DNA from: the human T2T-CHM13v2.0 reference genome, Homo sapiens
DNA: 64,000 bases
Assembly (NCBI RefSeq): GCF_009914755.1
Contig: NC_060939.1
Reading direction: 5' to 3' (one strand)
Of the stretch, positions 1 to 13,400 are shown one piece after another (the first letter of the stretch is position 1; every line of letters starts with the position of its first letter). The notes under the pieces are model-generated. The model did no database searches and had not been told where the DNA came from. It worked only from the letters and a program-made list of their open reading frames with translations. The position numbers and the translations under genes were made by a program.

Positions 1-457
1 AACTCACCAATTCTATATTTAGGCATCCATATGTTCCTGCTGCCAGAGTTGCCCATAGATACAAACATTTCAGGGCACACAGCAGCAGTTTTCAGAAAGA
101 TTTCCCTTTTAGGAGAGGGAGATGCTACAAAGCTTAATCGGTTCTAAGTGATTCTCAAATATTGTATCAATTTACAGCAGAAAGGTCACTGTGAATAAAC
201 ATGAGGATTCTGTTCAGTGTCTGGGATTTAGCAGACTAACTCCCACTAATGTTCATGGGGCCATGCTGCCAAATCCCCAACCATCACCCTGCATATTTGC
301 TCCAATCCCTAACTTTTGAGATTGAAATGTCTTTTCCAAATCAAAGCTGATCCTGAAACAGGCCCAATGAGCCTCTGTATGGTTAGACAGGGACAGTGTG
401 GCTGAAGCCTGGGGACATGGCAGTGCTCAAAGAAATGGTATTAAGAGGGTTTGTTGG

Positions 458-619
458 AGCCAGGCATGGTGGTGCATGCCGGTAGTCCCAGCTACCTTAG
501 AAGCTGAAGTGGGAGATCGCTTGAGCGATCTTGAGGTTTTGAGGTTGCAGTGAGCCACAGTCATGCTACTGCACTCCAGCCTGGACAACACAGCAAGATA
601 CTGTCGAAAAAAAAAAAAA
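458..619 (+). mobile_element. Alu right-arm monomer (FRAM/AluJ-like)
   Basis: AGCCAGGCATGGTGG...GAGGTTGCAGTGAGCC...CACTCCAGCCTGG followed by A13 tail. Confidence 0.85.
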
Positions 620-1391
620 GTCTTTGTTGAAAGACATGTCTTCACATTGTCTACCCAATTCAGCTCAGCTTCCTTTGCCTGATGTGCAACACAGTCCATT
701 CCCCAAACTCACCTCCCATGACTTCTCCCTGTGAGCTCCAGACAAAACAAGATTCCCCAGTTCTCAGCCAGAGGCGAATGTTTATGTTTTTTCCTACCCA
801 CTTCTCTCTTCTTTGGGGGAACCCACCTCAATACTACCTTGTTGGTGAAGTTTTTTGATACCAACCTGGGATCATCATTGTTTCCAAACACTGCAGATTC
901 TGAGCTCCATGAGATAAGCTCACATCTCTCCAGCCTCCCTCATGGGCCCAGGAGTATTGGCTCGGCTCCTTCTAGAACAGCTCACATTTTTTGGACAGCT
1001 TCTCCAACCTACTCCACCCACATCTATCTGCTCTGAATCTAACCTAGGACTCCATGTCTCAGTCAGGTTCAAGATGAAGTGGCTCCTGCTGCAGACCCTG
1101 ATCAACACCCAGACTTTTCATATTCAGAAAATCAAAACCAGGTCACAGCTTCCAGGAGTCTATCCAGCTTCTGCTGATCTGCTCAGAGGACTGACTGGCC
1201 CACAACATCTGCTCCCAGGTCAGACCAGGGTGTCCACAAGGCAAGGTCCAGGATACCCAGCCGCTGTCCACCACAATGTGATGGGATGACACAGGTACTG
1301 GCCACACAAATGGCAGATAGATAGCACTGGCCATCCATGGAGAGGCGCCTGGGCTGAGTGATGAGTCTCAGAATTATTTCACCCCCTTGGC

Positions 1392-1422
<31 letters not shown>

Positions 1423-1427
1423 TATTT

Positions 1428-1490
<63 letters not shown>
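1392..1490. repeat. Compound microsatellite A27-(TA)n-(GA)n
   Basis: Directly visible. Confidence 0.97.
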
Positions 1491-1492
<2 letters not shown>

Positions 1493-3345
1493 AAGGAAAA
1501 CTTTGTTGGTGGTAAAGTCTTTCCATGCTTTATTGATAAAAAGCTTTTCTATCCTTCCACCTCCCCAACTCACATGTACACACAGCAGATGTGTTGTTTC
1601 CTTCCTTGGAGCTCAGAATACTTTGAGCACTGACTAAGGCATAGATCCCATTCTGCCTTCTAGGGTTGTCTTATTTTTCTCAGGTTGGCTGCAGGCCTGG
1701 TGAGAGTAGGGAGGGCATCATACCTGTCTGTATATTTCCTGTAATACCTCATACACAGCCTTGCACACCATCGGTGTTCAGGAAACCACTGGATTGAAGA
1801 ACTTTCTATTCCTTGGTATTTTTGGAGATTTAGGCCTTTTAAGAAAAGGAGTTGAAAGTTGGGGAAATGGAGATATATTTACAGATGATAGATCCTTTAT
1901 GTATTAAGTTAGATAAACATGTTTTAGAAAACATCCCTCCTCTTTGGAGTCAGGAAGAACTGGTCCATTTCTCACAACCTCATTGGCCACAGCCAACAGA
2001 CACTCAGAACACTGTCCGGGGTGAACAGTGGATCTGAGTCACATCAGTAACTCATGTGTTGACAATCAGCTCCACTGTCCTCTCAGAGGCCTCTGCATTT
2101 ATTCACTGTCCTTACCTACAGCCATTGTTACCCAAAGCTGACAAGAGCCACTGTGTACATTTTAGCCTTAACTACTCATTTAGGTTCAGTTCAGCCAGGT
2201 CTGTCTTAGTTAACACACACTCCATCTGGAGGGTAACCACTAAATGAACTTAAACTTTGGGCAGTCACAAAGCTGACTCCCCTCATCTGACTCGCCGTGC
2301 CTGGTGGGCTGTCAGAGCATTGGCTGCAATGGGATTGATAATTTACCCTTTGCCTGCCCTTATTTTTTCCACCCAACCTGCAGGAGGTCTGGAAGTATCT
2401 AAGGCGAAGGATAGCCTGTGCTCACTCTCCACTTTCTCACAGCCCACTCACAAATCTAGTGGATGTGTTTGAGTCCTTTACCTAGACCCTATTTTGCTCT
2501 TTTATCTGGTTAAAGACGTGGTAAAGTTGAATACTAATACCACATCTTCTTCCTGGAGATTCCACCTCCCTTACCTTTATGACACCCATCAGTTTGCTAA
2601 CTGGCTCTTTTCAACCTCTGTCTTAGGTGCCTCCTCCTCTATCCACTCCAGGTTCTACCTGTGGTCAGCCCGTCTTGCCACCATGAAAGTCTCATCCATG
2701 GCCACTGCTCTCACTGCTCAAGCCCTGAAAATTGTGGGCAGTCTTCCATCCACAGCTTCTCATTACTAATATTCTCATCACTAATGATTTAAACAAGGGC
2801 AGCTCCGCCATGACAGCCTCCCACTTCCCTTTTCCTTCTTTCATAATTTATCCTCCAGATACCGGGTTCTCATAATCTAATGCTAATGCTCTGACTCAGT
2901 TGATCTCAACCTTATGAGTGTGAAAATTTAAAATACTGACGCCTAGCCTACAGCATCAGAGATTCTAAGTTAGGCGGTCCCGAGTGGAGCAAGGGCATCA
3001 GTGTTTTTACTGTACTATTTTTCCACTATTATTGACATAAATGTTGCTCTTTTGTCTGAGAAGTTGCTTTTTCATAGACCTTCTCAAAAGCTGAGACTTA
3101 GGTGTTATTATCCCTGTGTTTCCAGGGTTCCAGGCCCTGCAGCAGGAGCTCAATATTTGTTCATTGTCTTAAGTAAGGTATCCATACAACTGGGTTTGCC
3201 CAGGACAGACCCAATTTCTACCCATTGGTCTGGTGTTCCATCCAGTTAGCTACCCTGACCCTTTCATTCTCAAAGATGTCCCATTTTGTACAAGAAATCA
3301 TGTAATCCCCTTAACCATAATGGTACCTAAAGATGTGAAAATTGG

Positions 3346-3756
3346 TGTTATGGGCTGAATGGTGCCCCCCCACCACCAACACACACACCGAAAATTCATA
3401 TATTGATAGCCCTAACGCCCAGTACCTGACTTTATTTGGAGACAGGGCCTCTAAAGAGGTGATTAAGTTAAAATGAAGCTCTAATTCAATCTGACTGGTG
3501 TCCTCATAGGAAGAGGAAATTTGGACACACAAAGTGACACCACGGCTACAGATGCATAAAGGAAAAACCATGTGAAGACATCTTGAGAAGACGATCACCT
3601 GCAAGCCAATGAGAGAGGCCTCAGAAGAAACGAAACTTGTCAGCACCTTGATTTTGGACTTCCAACCTCCAGAGCAGTGAGAAAATAAATTTCTGTTGTT
3701 TAAGCCAGCCAATCTGTGGTATTCTGTTATGGCACCAGCTTTAGCGAACTAATACA
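3346..3756 (+). mobile_element. MaLR solo LTR (MLT1A-C-like)
   Basis: Starts TGTTATGGGCTGAAT, ends ACTAATACA; contains GGACTTCCAACCTCCAGA and AATAAATTTCTGTTGTTTAAGCC typical of MLT1. Confidence 0.85.
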
Positions 3757-5541
3757 CGTAATAAAATGTAAAGAAAACAAAACCAATGTAAATAACATTT
3801 TCTAAGTTCCATCTAAATAAAGTTTTCCAGCCTTCCAAGATGAATGCTTACACCACTTTTTTAGAAACCCGCTGTCTTGAGTTTAGATCTTTTGATTTCT
3901 TCAACTGTACTGTAAAAGGTTTTCCTTAATGTCTTCACAGGATGTGTTTAGCTTTCATACATTCTGAGTCTATAAGACCATTCCCAGATGAAACACTGAG
4001 ACGGTGACAATAAATGTTGTATGTGGTTACAATGGGTAAAGCATAGTTTCTGTCCTTAAGGAACCATGCCGTGATCTAGCATGGTGTGTGTGTGTCTCAT
4101 CTCCACACAGCAAGTTACCAGCAAAGTGACTTTTATGAGGACTCAGAGCAGGAGCACTAAGCCAGACTGGAGGAGGGTTTAGAATAGGTTCCTTGGTGAG
4201 GGGACAGCCAAACTGATTTTTAATGGGTGCAGAGGAATACATCTAGTGAAAGGAGGTAGACGGACAGGTATTCCTTGCAGAGAAAAAGACTTAAAAAAAA
4301 AAAAAAAGAGAGAGAGGTGAAAAGGTAACAATGTTCTTTCTAGTGCTTTTAAAACCACTCCCACCTGGATTTTAAGTTCAATCATTTTTCTCTGTCCACA
4401 GAGGTCACAGATAGCATAACTACTATCCTTCATATTTTTTACCCTTTAAATATTTAAGCACTTACAGTTACAAATTCTGCCCTTTCAGCTTTTCTTTCTT
4501 CAGGTTAAGCAACTTCAGTTTCTCCAGGCTATTCTCCAAACTTTTAAACCAATTTGAGGCACTGCCACCCACTACTTAACCAGTGTACACACATACATGC
4601 ACACATGCACACACATGCGCTCACATATAGCTGTGCACAGGCCAAGAGGGCCTGCAATTCACCAAATGTCTCTTAAATTTAAGAGGCTATATCAGTGATG
4701 TTCTCTCACAAAATACAAATTAAGGTGACATCTATCACATAGCTATGTGAACCGTAAAATCATCAGTGTATTTCCTTTACTACATAGAAAGCAAAAGACC
4801 GACACCAATGGTCATTCTGAGGGAAGACTCTATACTCTGAAAGAAAGTGTTTTCTTCTCCATTGCTGACAACTGAGTTAATAATTTTGCCATGTGTAGGT
4901 GTTGGGAAACATCACAGAACTGAAATAGATCAACCCCACTCATATGGGATGCATTTCTACCAGGAAACACTACGGTTCTTTTAATCCTACATCAAGTCAT
5001 AAATACAACAGACCTTGTTTTCCACACAGATTCCTATTTCTTTCACACCCAAGCATATGCTAAGAGCTCTCAAGCAACACTCTTCCTCCATCTCTGGGAG
5101 ACGTCTTAAAACATTTTTAGCTTACCAAACACAAAACGGAGGAGGATCTGTTTCTTTACTCAAGGATAATCATCTTCAACTGCTTATTTATACTGCAGAT
5201 AGAAACCTATAGATTGAAATGAGCATATTTTCATTCTAAAGTTGGCATCTGTGCTGCCATAGTTGAGATGCAACAATCGTGTTTGAAAATCAATCGTCCA
5301 GGAAACCCCACGTTGCTTCGCAATGTTCAAGCCAAGTGCTCATTGGAATTAGAAGGTGAGTAGCACTAAAGAAATGAGAAAGAACACTAGTCTGCTGAAA
5401 TAATGGGACCATATGTAGGCAGAAAATACCAAAAATGAGAGTAAAATGTTGTGGCTAAAAAGTAATGTCTTATGACATGTAAGTAAAGGATCAATCTCCT
5501 TTGAAGAACCCACTAAGAAATGATTGATTAAAAGTCTAGAA

Positions 5542-5737
5542 TTGTGCTGTGTAATAGAGTAGCAACTAACCGTACTTGGCTATTTAAATTAATTAAATAA
5601 AATTAGAAATTCTGTTCTTGATTTGCACTAGCCATGTTTTAAGAGCTCAGTAGTCACATGTGGCTAGTTGTTGCCACATTGGGCAGCATGAATAGAAGAA
5701 ATCCTCATCATTACAGAAAGTTCTACTGGCAGCGCTG
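5542..5737. mobile_element. hAT-Charlie MITE (MER3-like)
   Basis: Degenerate TIRs TTGTGCTGTGTAATAG / CTACTGGCAGCGCTG; 8-bp TSD GTCTAGAA (5534-5541) / GTCTAGAG (5738-5745) matching the NTCTAGAN target preference. Confidence 0.8.
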
Positions 5738-6245
5738 GTCTAGAGAGATCTGCTTGACTACCGGGTTAGCATTGTGTTAAGCATCAGACCCCGAAGAGAT
5801 CATGGAAAGAACAGCATGCCCGCCAAGTGTAATGATTAATCCATGGCAGGAAAAAAAAATGTGGTGGAAAGAAAAAAAAATTCCACTCCTGGAATGGGCT
5901 AATATGATGTAGTATTGACATTTGTGTTATAAGAAATAGACAAGTAAGGAAAGTTTTGAGCTGAAATGGAAAGGAGCTAATAAATCATACGATTTGAATA
6001 TCTCACCACTCCCTTATGAACATTCATAAAGCATTGATTTGGAAGAAAATATCCATGAAAAGTCTCTCTTCATCTGTTAGTGGCTGATTGTATTTTATTG
6101 GTCATTCCTCAAATACTATTCAACCATGACTTACTTCCTACCCCCAATGTTTTTCTGTTATAACATTTTTGATCATGCATTTAAATAAATATACCCCCCA
6201 TCAAAAAGTGCAGACTCTTCCCATTTTACAAAAAAAGGCAAGAAC

Positions 6246-6251
6246 TTTATT
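6246..6251 (-). terminator. GJD2: Probable GJD2 polyadenylation signal AATAAA
   Basis: TTTATT on +, about 1.4 kb past the stop; U-rich sequence follows on the minus strand; a second hexamer lies at 6094-6099. Confidence 0.6.
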
Positions 6252-7666
6252 TTAAACAAATCCTTAGTTGTGTGTTACACCATGTCCATATCTAAATCAA
6301 AAATGATAATGATAATTCAAAGGGAACAAAGGGCTTCATAAAAGCACATTACCCAGATGTTTCTCTTGGCCAATATTTTAACTAAATACACAGTGGATAT
6401 GAAAGGTACAGTATGGCACTTAAATAAATAAGAGCAAAAAGAAGAAAACATATTGACAGTCCAATGCAATAGGTTTTTGAACCTTTGGTATATGTCTCAA
6501 ATAAGTCACCGTAAACACACGTTAGCCAATAGTGTTTAGTTGCAGGTCTTTTAAGCCAGTAATTTTGTATGTGTGTCTGTATATGTGTGTGTGTTTCAAA
6601 GAGTAACTGAAAAAATAATAAATCAGGATTGACATGGGATGATTAAGGTCTCTGGTGTAAGCACACAGGTAAATTCAAATCATGGCAAAATGACCGTGCA
6701 GCTGTGTTGCACAACAAAACTATGTAAGAAAATGAGTGAGATACACCAGTTACAAATGCTGTGGCTCAGCTAGACACTCTTGATATTAGCCAAAAAAAAT
6801 CTTTTTAATGTTAACCAAAGTCCACAAGCTGGAAGGCAGAAATATCCTGAAGCTCGTAACCGTGTGCCTAACTGTGCAACAACAATCTCACAAAAGTGTT
6901 GTAGTTGCATATTGCAATTCCCTCCCTCCCACCCATCCCCCATCCCTAGTAAACAGCACCAGTGCAGTTTGAGTTAGAAAACTGGAAATATTGAGACATT
7001 CCTAAGGTTTTCATCACGACTAAGGGCCAGTCAGATGGGGCTCTAATGAAAACCTCTGCCATGGCCGTTCTCCAATAAGCACCCCATGTAATTCCCTCTA
7101 AGTTTGCAAATAAAACATATTAGGTCTAATGTAAGGCCAGATTCTGAAAAAAAAAAAAAAAAAAAAAAAGCTGGCATGCTATTTTGGATTGAGGGAAAGG
7201 GGCATGCTGGTGGGGGAGATACATGAAGAGTGCCTCAAGGATGTTTGTCCCATGGCTCAGGATAAAGGGATGGGTTGAGATAGGTCACAAATTTTATATC
7301 AATGAAGTACTCAACTCACACCATTCACCAGAATAAAGAGCTCAGCAGGGCTAAGTCCTACTTGGTAGCTGTGCAAGTTCAGTGTTATCAGGATCAGGCT
7401 AGGCCATAAACAGAAAGGGACCAAAGAAGTCTAATTGATCCATTTCATCACTCTACCCAATCGTCTCTGTAGAACCAATTAGGTGATATGTGAAAATGGG
7501 TCCACTTTTCCTCCTTTCCCATTGGTGCAAAATCTTCTTTTATCCAGTCTTATCCTACATCTTAATGGTGAGGGTCACATAAATGAGGGTGGATACAGCC
7601 ACGTCTGAGCAGTCATCTGCCTTGGGGCTCCTTGCCATCCCCCAGACCTTCATGAAACCTGCCCTC

Positions 7667-8561
7667 TCACACATAGGCAGAGTCACTGGACTGAGTCCTG
7701 CCAAAATTGGGAACACTGACCCTTGGCAGGTCCTTGTTACGAATCTCATAGATTGACTTTCTCTTGGCCTGAGCCCCTCGCACAGCCAGCTTGATCTTGC
7801 GCCATCCCAGGTGGTTGAGTTCAGCCAGGTTGAGCACAACACAGATGCCACTTACAGCAAACATGAACACTAGAAAGACAGTCTTCTCAGTTGGCCGGGA
7901 CACATAACATTCCACCTCCTTGATGCAGGGGTAGCGGTTACACTCATACAACCCTGGGACACTAAAGCCATAGAGAAAATATTGGCCAACCAGGAACCCA
8001 ATTTCCAGGGCATTTCGGAACACCACTTGGATAATGTAGAAGCGGGAGATGCCTTCCTGCCTTCTGAGCTTGGATTTTGATGCAGTGCGTAGACCTGATG
8101 GGTGTGGAGTCAGCTCCTTAACCTCTAAACAATCTGGCTCTGTCTCCTTACTGGTGTTCTCTGTGTTCTGCAGCACCCCATTCACAATAGCATTTTGCAA
8201 CTTCTTATCTTCTCGTTTGCCCCCACCACTGCCCCCACCCCCAGTTCCTCCAGGACCTCCTATGGACTCAGGGGGGTCTCTGTCCAGGGCTAGGAAGACA
8301 GTAGAGTAGCGGCGTTCTCGCTGCTTGGCGGACTGGTGCACAGAGTAGGTGATGAAGCAAAGACTGGGGGTACACACCATTATGATCTGGAAGACCCAGT
8401 AACGTATGTGGGAGATGGGGAAGGCGCGGTCATAGCAGGCCTGGTTACAGCCGGGCTGCAGGGTGTTGCACACAAACATGGTCTGCTCATCATCGTACAC
8501 CGTCTCCCCCACAATGGCCACAATGAGGATCCGGAAGATCACCACCACAGTCAACAGGATC
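7667..8561 (-). CDS. GJD2: Connexin-36, coding exon 2 (895 nt)
   Basis: Connexin Cys motifs [14 protein letters not shown] and [20 protein letters not shown]; Gly-rich loop; PDZ-binding end SAYV*; acceptor ttcag|G at 8562/8561; TGA at 7667-7669. Confidence 0.99.
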
Positions 8562-9607
8562 CTGAACGGAGGAAGAGGGAGGGAGAGAGGTTCTCACGGG
8601 CTGCGTCACTGACAGGAAACCCCTGCTCCTCCCTTCCCTTTGCTGGTGTTTACCAGTCTTTTGACTGGGGAGCTGTCCATCCCGGGCTGGTACTGAACTA
8701 GGAATCTGGGAAAGCTTTTTGTCTCTTCCTTTTCTGCTGAGTGCTGTTAGGCTGGGAATATTTCATATTATAGAGATCCCAGGTACACACATCTCCATAC
8801 ACTGGACATAGTCTACTTGCAACAGATAGATTTCATCTCTCTATATAGAATGTATAGAAACACAAAACACACCTTCACTCTGGATATGGCAAATGCACAC
8901 AGAATACCTTTACAGATGGTGCATGCTTCGAGGTCTACACACAGGGTGTGTAAATAACTACTCCATGTGTATATTTAGTTTATTCTCAACATGAATATTA
9001 AATTTAATGCTTTATATAAGCAGATGGCTATGAATATATATTCATATATATTGAACTCATATATATATATAAAGCTAGGTAGATAGAGACATAGATATAG
9101 ATACAGACCCAAAAATGGCAATTGGGTGTGTAGGCTCGGTAAGTTTACACCGCCAAATAAGTTTGGTTTAGTAATTATTTGTTGAGAAAAGAGGCATCTG
9201 CTCTGAAGAGCAAATCCATCTCCCCATTTGCCCTTTTCTGTCCAAATGCAATCCTGCCTTCTTTGTAGATTCTATTTAGGGAACCAAATGGAGATTGGCT
9301 CTGACTCTGGAGAGTGGAGGGACCAAGACTGAGCCAGCGGCTCCTTTTCTGATGTGGGAAGAGTGAAGCCCCAGTGGTGCTTGATGGGGAAGGGATGGGC
9401 AGCTGGTTAGGAGTAGCTAGAGGAGGGGGGCATCGCGGGGCGTCGGGTAATCCCTCATCGCCGGGAACACCGGAGCCTTGACCTAGGACGATGGGGAGGA
9501 GGCAGAGGACGGACTGGGGATTGGAGCGGGAGACTCAGTCCAGGTGTGAGAAGGGACTCCCGGGGGCCGCCCGACGGGGCCCCCTGACCGCCGGCTTGGC
9601 GCCCTTA

Positions 9608-9907
<300 letters not shown>

Positions 9908-10279
9908 CTAGAGAGAGGGCACGAACCTCGGGCGCCGTCCGGGGTTCGGGTCTGGATCCCGCGGACGCCGGGACGAGGGGCGGGGCGGGGTGGCAGCCTG
10001 CAGGTCCTCCAGCGCTCGCCCGCCCAGGAGAAGTCTCAGCGCCGCTCTCCGCCGCAGGTTGGGGGCCAGGGGAGGGTCCGAACACCGGCTCTGTTCCTGC
10101 TACTTCAGCGGGCACCTGGCGCTCCGGCGCGGCAGCCTGCGAGGCCAGGGCCGAGCGCGCGGAGCCGAATGCTGGGCTCGGGGATCCGCGGCCGCCGCCT
10201 CTAATCCGCCCTTAAGTAGTCTCCGCCTGCGTCACGCCAGGTCGGCGGAGGGGAGCAGAGCGCGCCGTGCGGCTGTCGC

Positions 10280-10473
10280 TGCGCGTCGGAGCCCGAGGGG
10301 CCGGGGACGCGCGCGGGGGGAGAGGGGCAAGAGTCCTGGAGGCCCGGCGGGGAGCGGGGCGATTTCGAAAGGAAGGACTGCAGCGCCCCTCGGGGCTTCT
10401 CGGGGAGCCCAGGTAACCTCACCTGACCGCCAGACCCAAGCAGGCGGAGGGGGAGCCGGGAGCGGACGCGTGG
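10280..10473 (+). ncRNA. Probable first exon of a divergent lncRNA (GJD2-DT as I recall it); boundaries approximate
   Basis: Head-to-head with GJD2 in the same CpG island; + strand donors CAG|GTAACC (10412/13) and TGG|GTGAGT (10473/74). Downstream exons cannot be placed from sequence. Confidence 0.45.
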
Positions 10474-13400
10474 GTGAGTGGGGAGGGGAGTGAGTAGGTA
10501 TCTTCTCTTCTCTCGGTGCATCCCTCACCTTTTCGCTTTTTGCCTCCTGGAGACAACTGAAATTCCTTCCCTAGATGGAGATGCTGGCTGAGGGAGGGCG
10601 AGTGGGGGCGACCACTTTTAAATCTCCCTTAGGGGACAGAGTGGCTGAGAGTGCTTCTGCAGAGTGGCTGCGGTTCGGTGCCTCTGTGGATCCGACAGTG
10701 AAGTGAGAAAGGCTTGATGGGAATCCATTTAGGCTGAAGGGTAAATGCAGGTGTGGAGCTGTCTCTCGGTATAGGGGTCAGGGCACACGAGCGCATCTAA
10801 CAGGTGCCTCGCAAAGAGCAAGTGGGGTGGCCATGGTTAAAGGTCTCGCTTCCCCTTGCACTAACCCAGATGCTCGGCTCTTTTAAAATTATTGCTATTA
10901 TTTTACTAATGGGAAGGGGGGGCGGGGTACTCGTCAGGTAAACTGTGATTTAATCTGAATTTAAGACCCAGTATTCTGCTAGCAGAAACAGAGCCACTCA
11001 CAGCCTCGCCCTGCCCCCACTTGCCTTACTGGGTTTGGCTTTCTCCCCTCAACCAGCAGATCCCGGTTTTTAAAATTCACATTGTGTTGTCAGTTCTGTC
11101 TAGAGCAACTACTTAATTGGTTGCTGAAAAATTGAAACAACCTCACTAAGCTGCTAATTAGCCCAGGGGTCAGTATTAGGAGACACTGTAGCTGGCAGTG
11201 TTTGATGTAAATGTACCAAAAGTCCAATGGGAAAGTAATTGTCATCCTTTCGAAAACACGACCTTGAAAGGGTTGCTAACTTGTCCTAGGCATATAAAGG
11301 GACCTAGCCTTAATTATCCACAGGGATCATAGCACATATGTATATTACATAAGCCACACCATGGTGAGCCTTCACTTCTGGAACAACCGAGGTGGTTGGG
11401 TAGTTGGTGGCCCAGGGACTGGGAAGAAAGGTGCAGGGCATGGCCCTCAGTCCACTCACAGTGTACTTCTTCATAAAATGATGTTTAAACACACGGTCTA
11501 AGCTTCGCCGCCAGAAAGATCACTGAAATCCTCTGCTAGGGTTGACATCTTTACCCCAAGAAAGCAGCCTTTCACTGCAAAGGAGTAAAAGAGTCCACTA
11601 ACAATGGAGAGAGGGATAAAGTGATTTATTAGTTTCCTTCTGAACACGGAGGAGGTTCAAGGGTGAGGACGAATGGATACCCTATTATCCAGTTAGCTTC
11701 CAGATGGAATGGTGATCCCCTAACCCAAACTTGGTGTGTTTTCCCAGGTTTCCCTTCTACTCCCCTTGGCCCTAGGTCCCTGTATTCCCTCCTTGTCTGG
11801 CAGACTCTCTTATAGTAAATGATCTTAGCCAAGAAGTGAATGAGTAAGTCCAAAGGGAAATCTGTTTAACATCTTTAAATGTCCCAAAATAGGCTGCACA
11901 ACTCAAAATTGTCATTTTATGTGTTGGCTTTCCCAAACCGTTAAAGATTATGATCCTAAGAACATAGACTGCAGGAAATGCAATTATCAGACACTACGCT
12001 ATGACTGAATTGTTGATCATTTGTGTATTATTTTGAAATATACTTTAATATGCCATATAGATTCCACATATAAACATGTGCAAACAATATAGGTGTATAA
12101 GTGCACAAAGACGCATATATATAGAACCTATATTTTAAAACTCATCAGTTGGACTGTGTAGGCTACTTTTAAATAAAAATCTTAGTCTCACCACCACACT
12201 TCAGAAATAACCATTTTTATTTTTAATAACCACTCATAAATTTCACACTTACTACATTGTACTTCCTCCTTCAAGTCCAGTCAAGTCCATTTTCAATTAA
12301 TAATTTGTTCCGATAAACAAATGTGCATTAAATGTGAAATGGTTCTCTGTGGATCCGGGCATCTCTCAGTTTCCTCAGGGCATTGTATCTTCTTGATAGA
12401 TTCTGATTATCTCAACTCTCCTCTGATTGAAAACCCCCGTTTAAGGCAGCTGGGAAGTTCTTTCCATTACATCTTATTTAAAAGCCATTCTGTTTATTAA
12501 AATAATAGTTTTGGATGAGAAACAATGAAATTCGTAGAATGCTCATAGAATAACCTTTGCTGCACAACAGACTGTCTGGGGATCTTCATTAAAAAGACAG
12601 ATGCTGCGATCCCATCCCAATTCTGCTAAATTGAAATCTATGGAAACAAGATTGAGGTAGCTGTGTTATTAACGGGTTCTCATCCACAGCTCCAATAACA
12701 ATAAAAACCTGAGAACTTTTAGTTCCATGACTATTAGGGCAGGAGTGAATCCTAGGGATGAGGAAATCTATCATCCGTTTGTTTCATAGTGTTAAAACTG
12801 ACCCAAAGCTTAGCTAGCTTGCCTAAAATCATATGGGTAGCAAAGGAAAAGCTATGAAGAATGTGGTATTCAGAATCCTAGAGAAGATCAAAATTATTTA
12901 AAAGTATGAAAAAAATGTGATATTTGAAGAAGAAAAGGGGAATTAAAGTGGGAACATGCTCACCTCCAGACATTTAGAGGAAAAAAATACCTAGATTGTT
13001 GATCTGCAAATCTATGTCTTACCAAATAGTATTTTCCATTAACAGAGCAGGGAAATATTATCCACATCTAGTGGGAAAAACTGCAAAGGCATGGAGCAAA
13101 GGGTGTTGTTGAATGTTATAATACAGGAGAGAATGTAGAGCTACTAACAATGATTCCATTTACTACATAGGGGTGTCTGAATTTGTTCTTATCCTTATAT
13201 GTGCTCAAAATTTCATTCTCTTCTCAACCACAGACTCCCAGGTGAACCTTTCAGCCTTGCAGCTTCAAATGTTTTGTAAATGAAACCTCATAGGAGCTTT
13301 GTATATGTTGTAAGAATGAACATTAATCTACTGACCTCTATTCTACTGGACTGTAAATTCCTAGAGATCAGAGAGCATGCTCATATGTCATGGTTCTTTT

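Noticed and set aside
7655-7669. Stop-codon readthrough of GJD2
   Set aside because: Context is TGA-GAGG, not the TGA-CTAG readthrough motif, and extension would mask the SAYV PDZ ligand
8049-8701. + strand ORFs of 86 and 121 aa over GJD2
   Set aside because: Antisense shadows of coding sequence; no independent support
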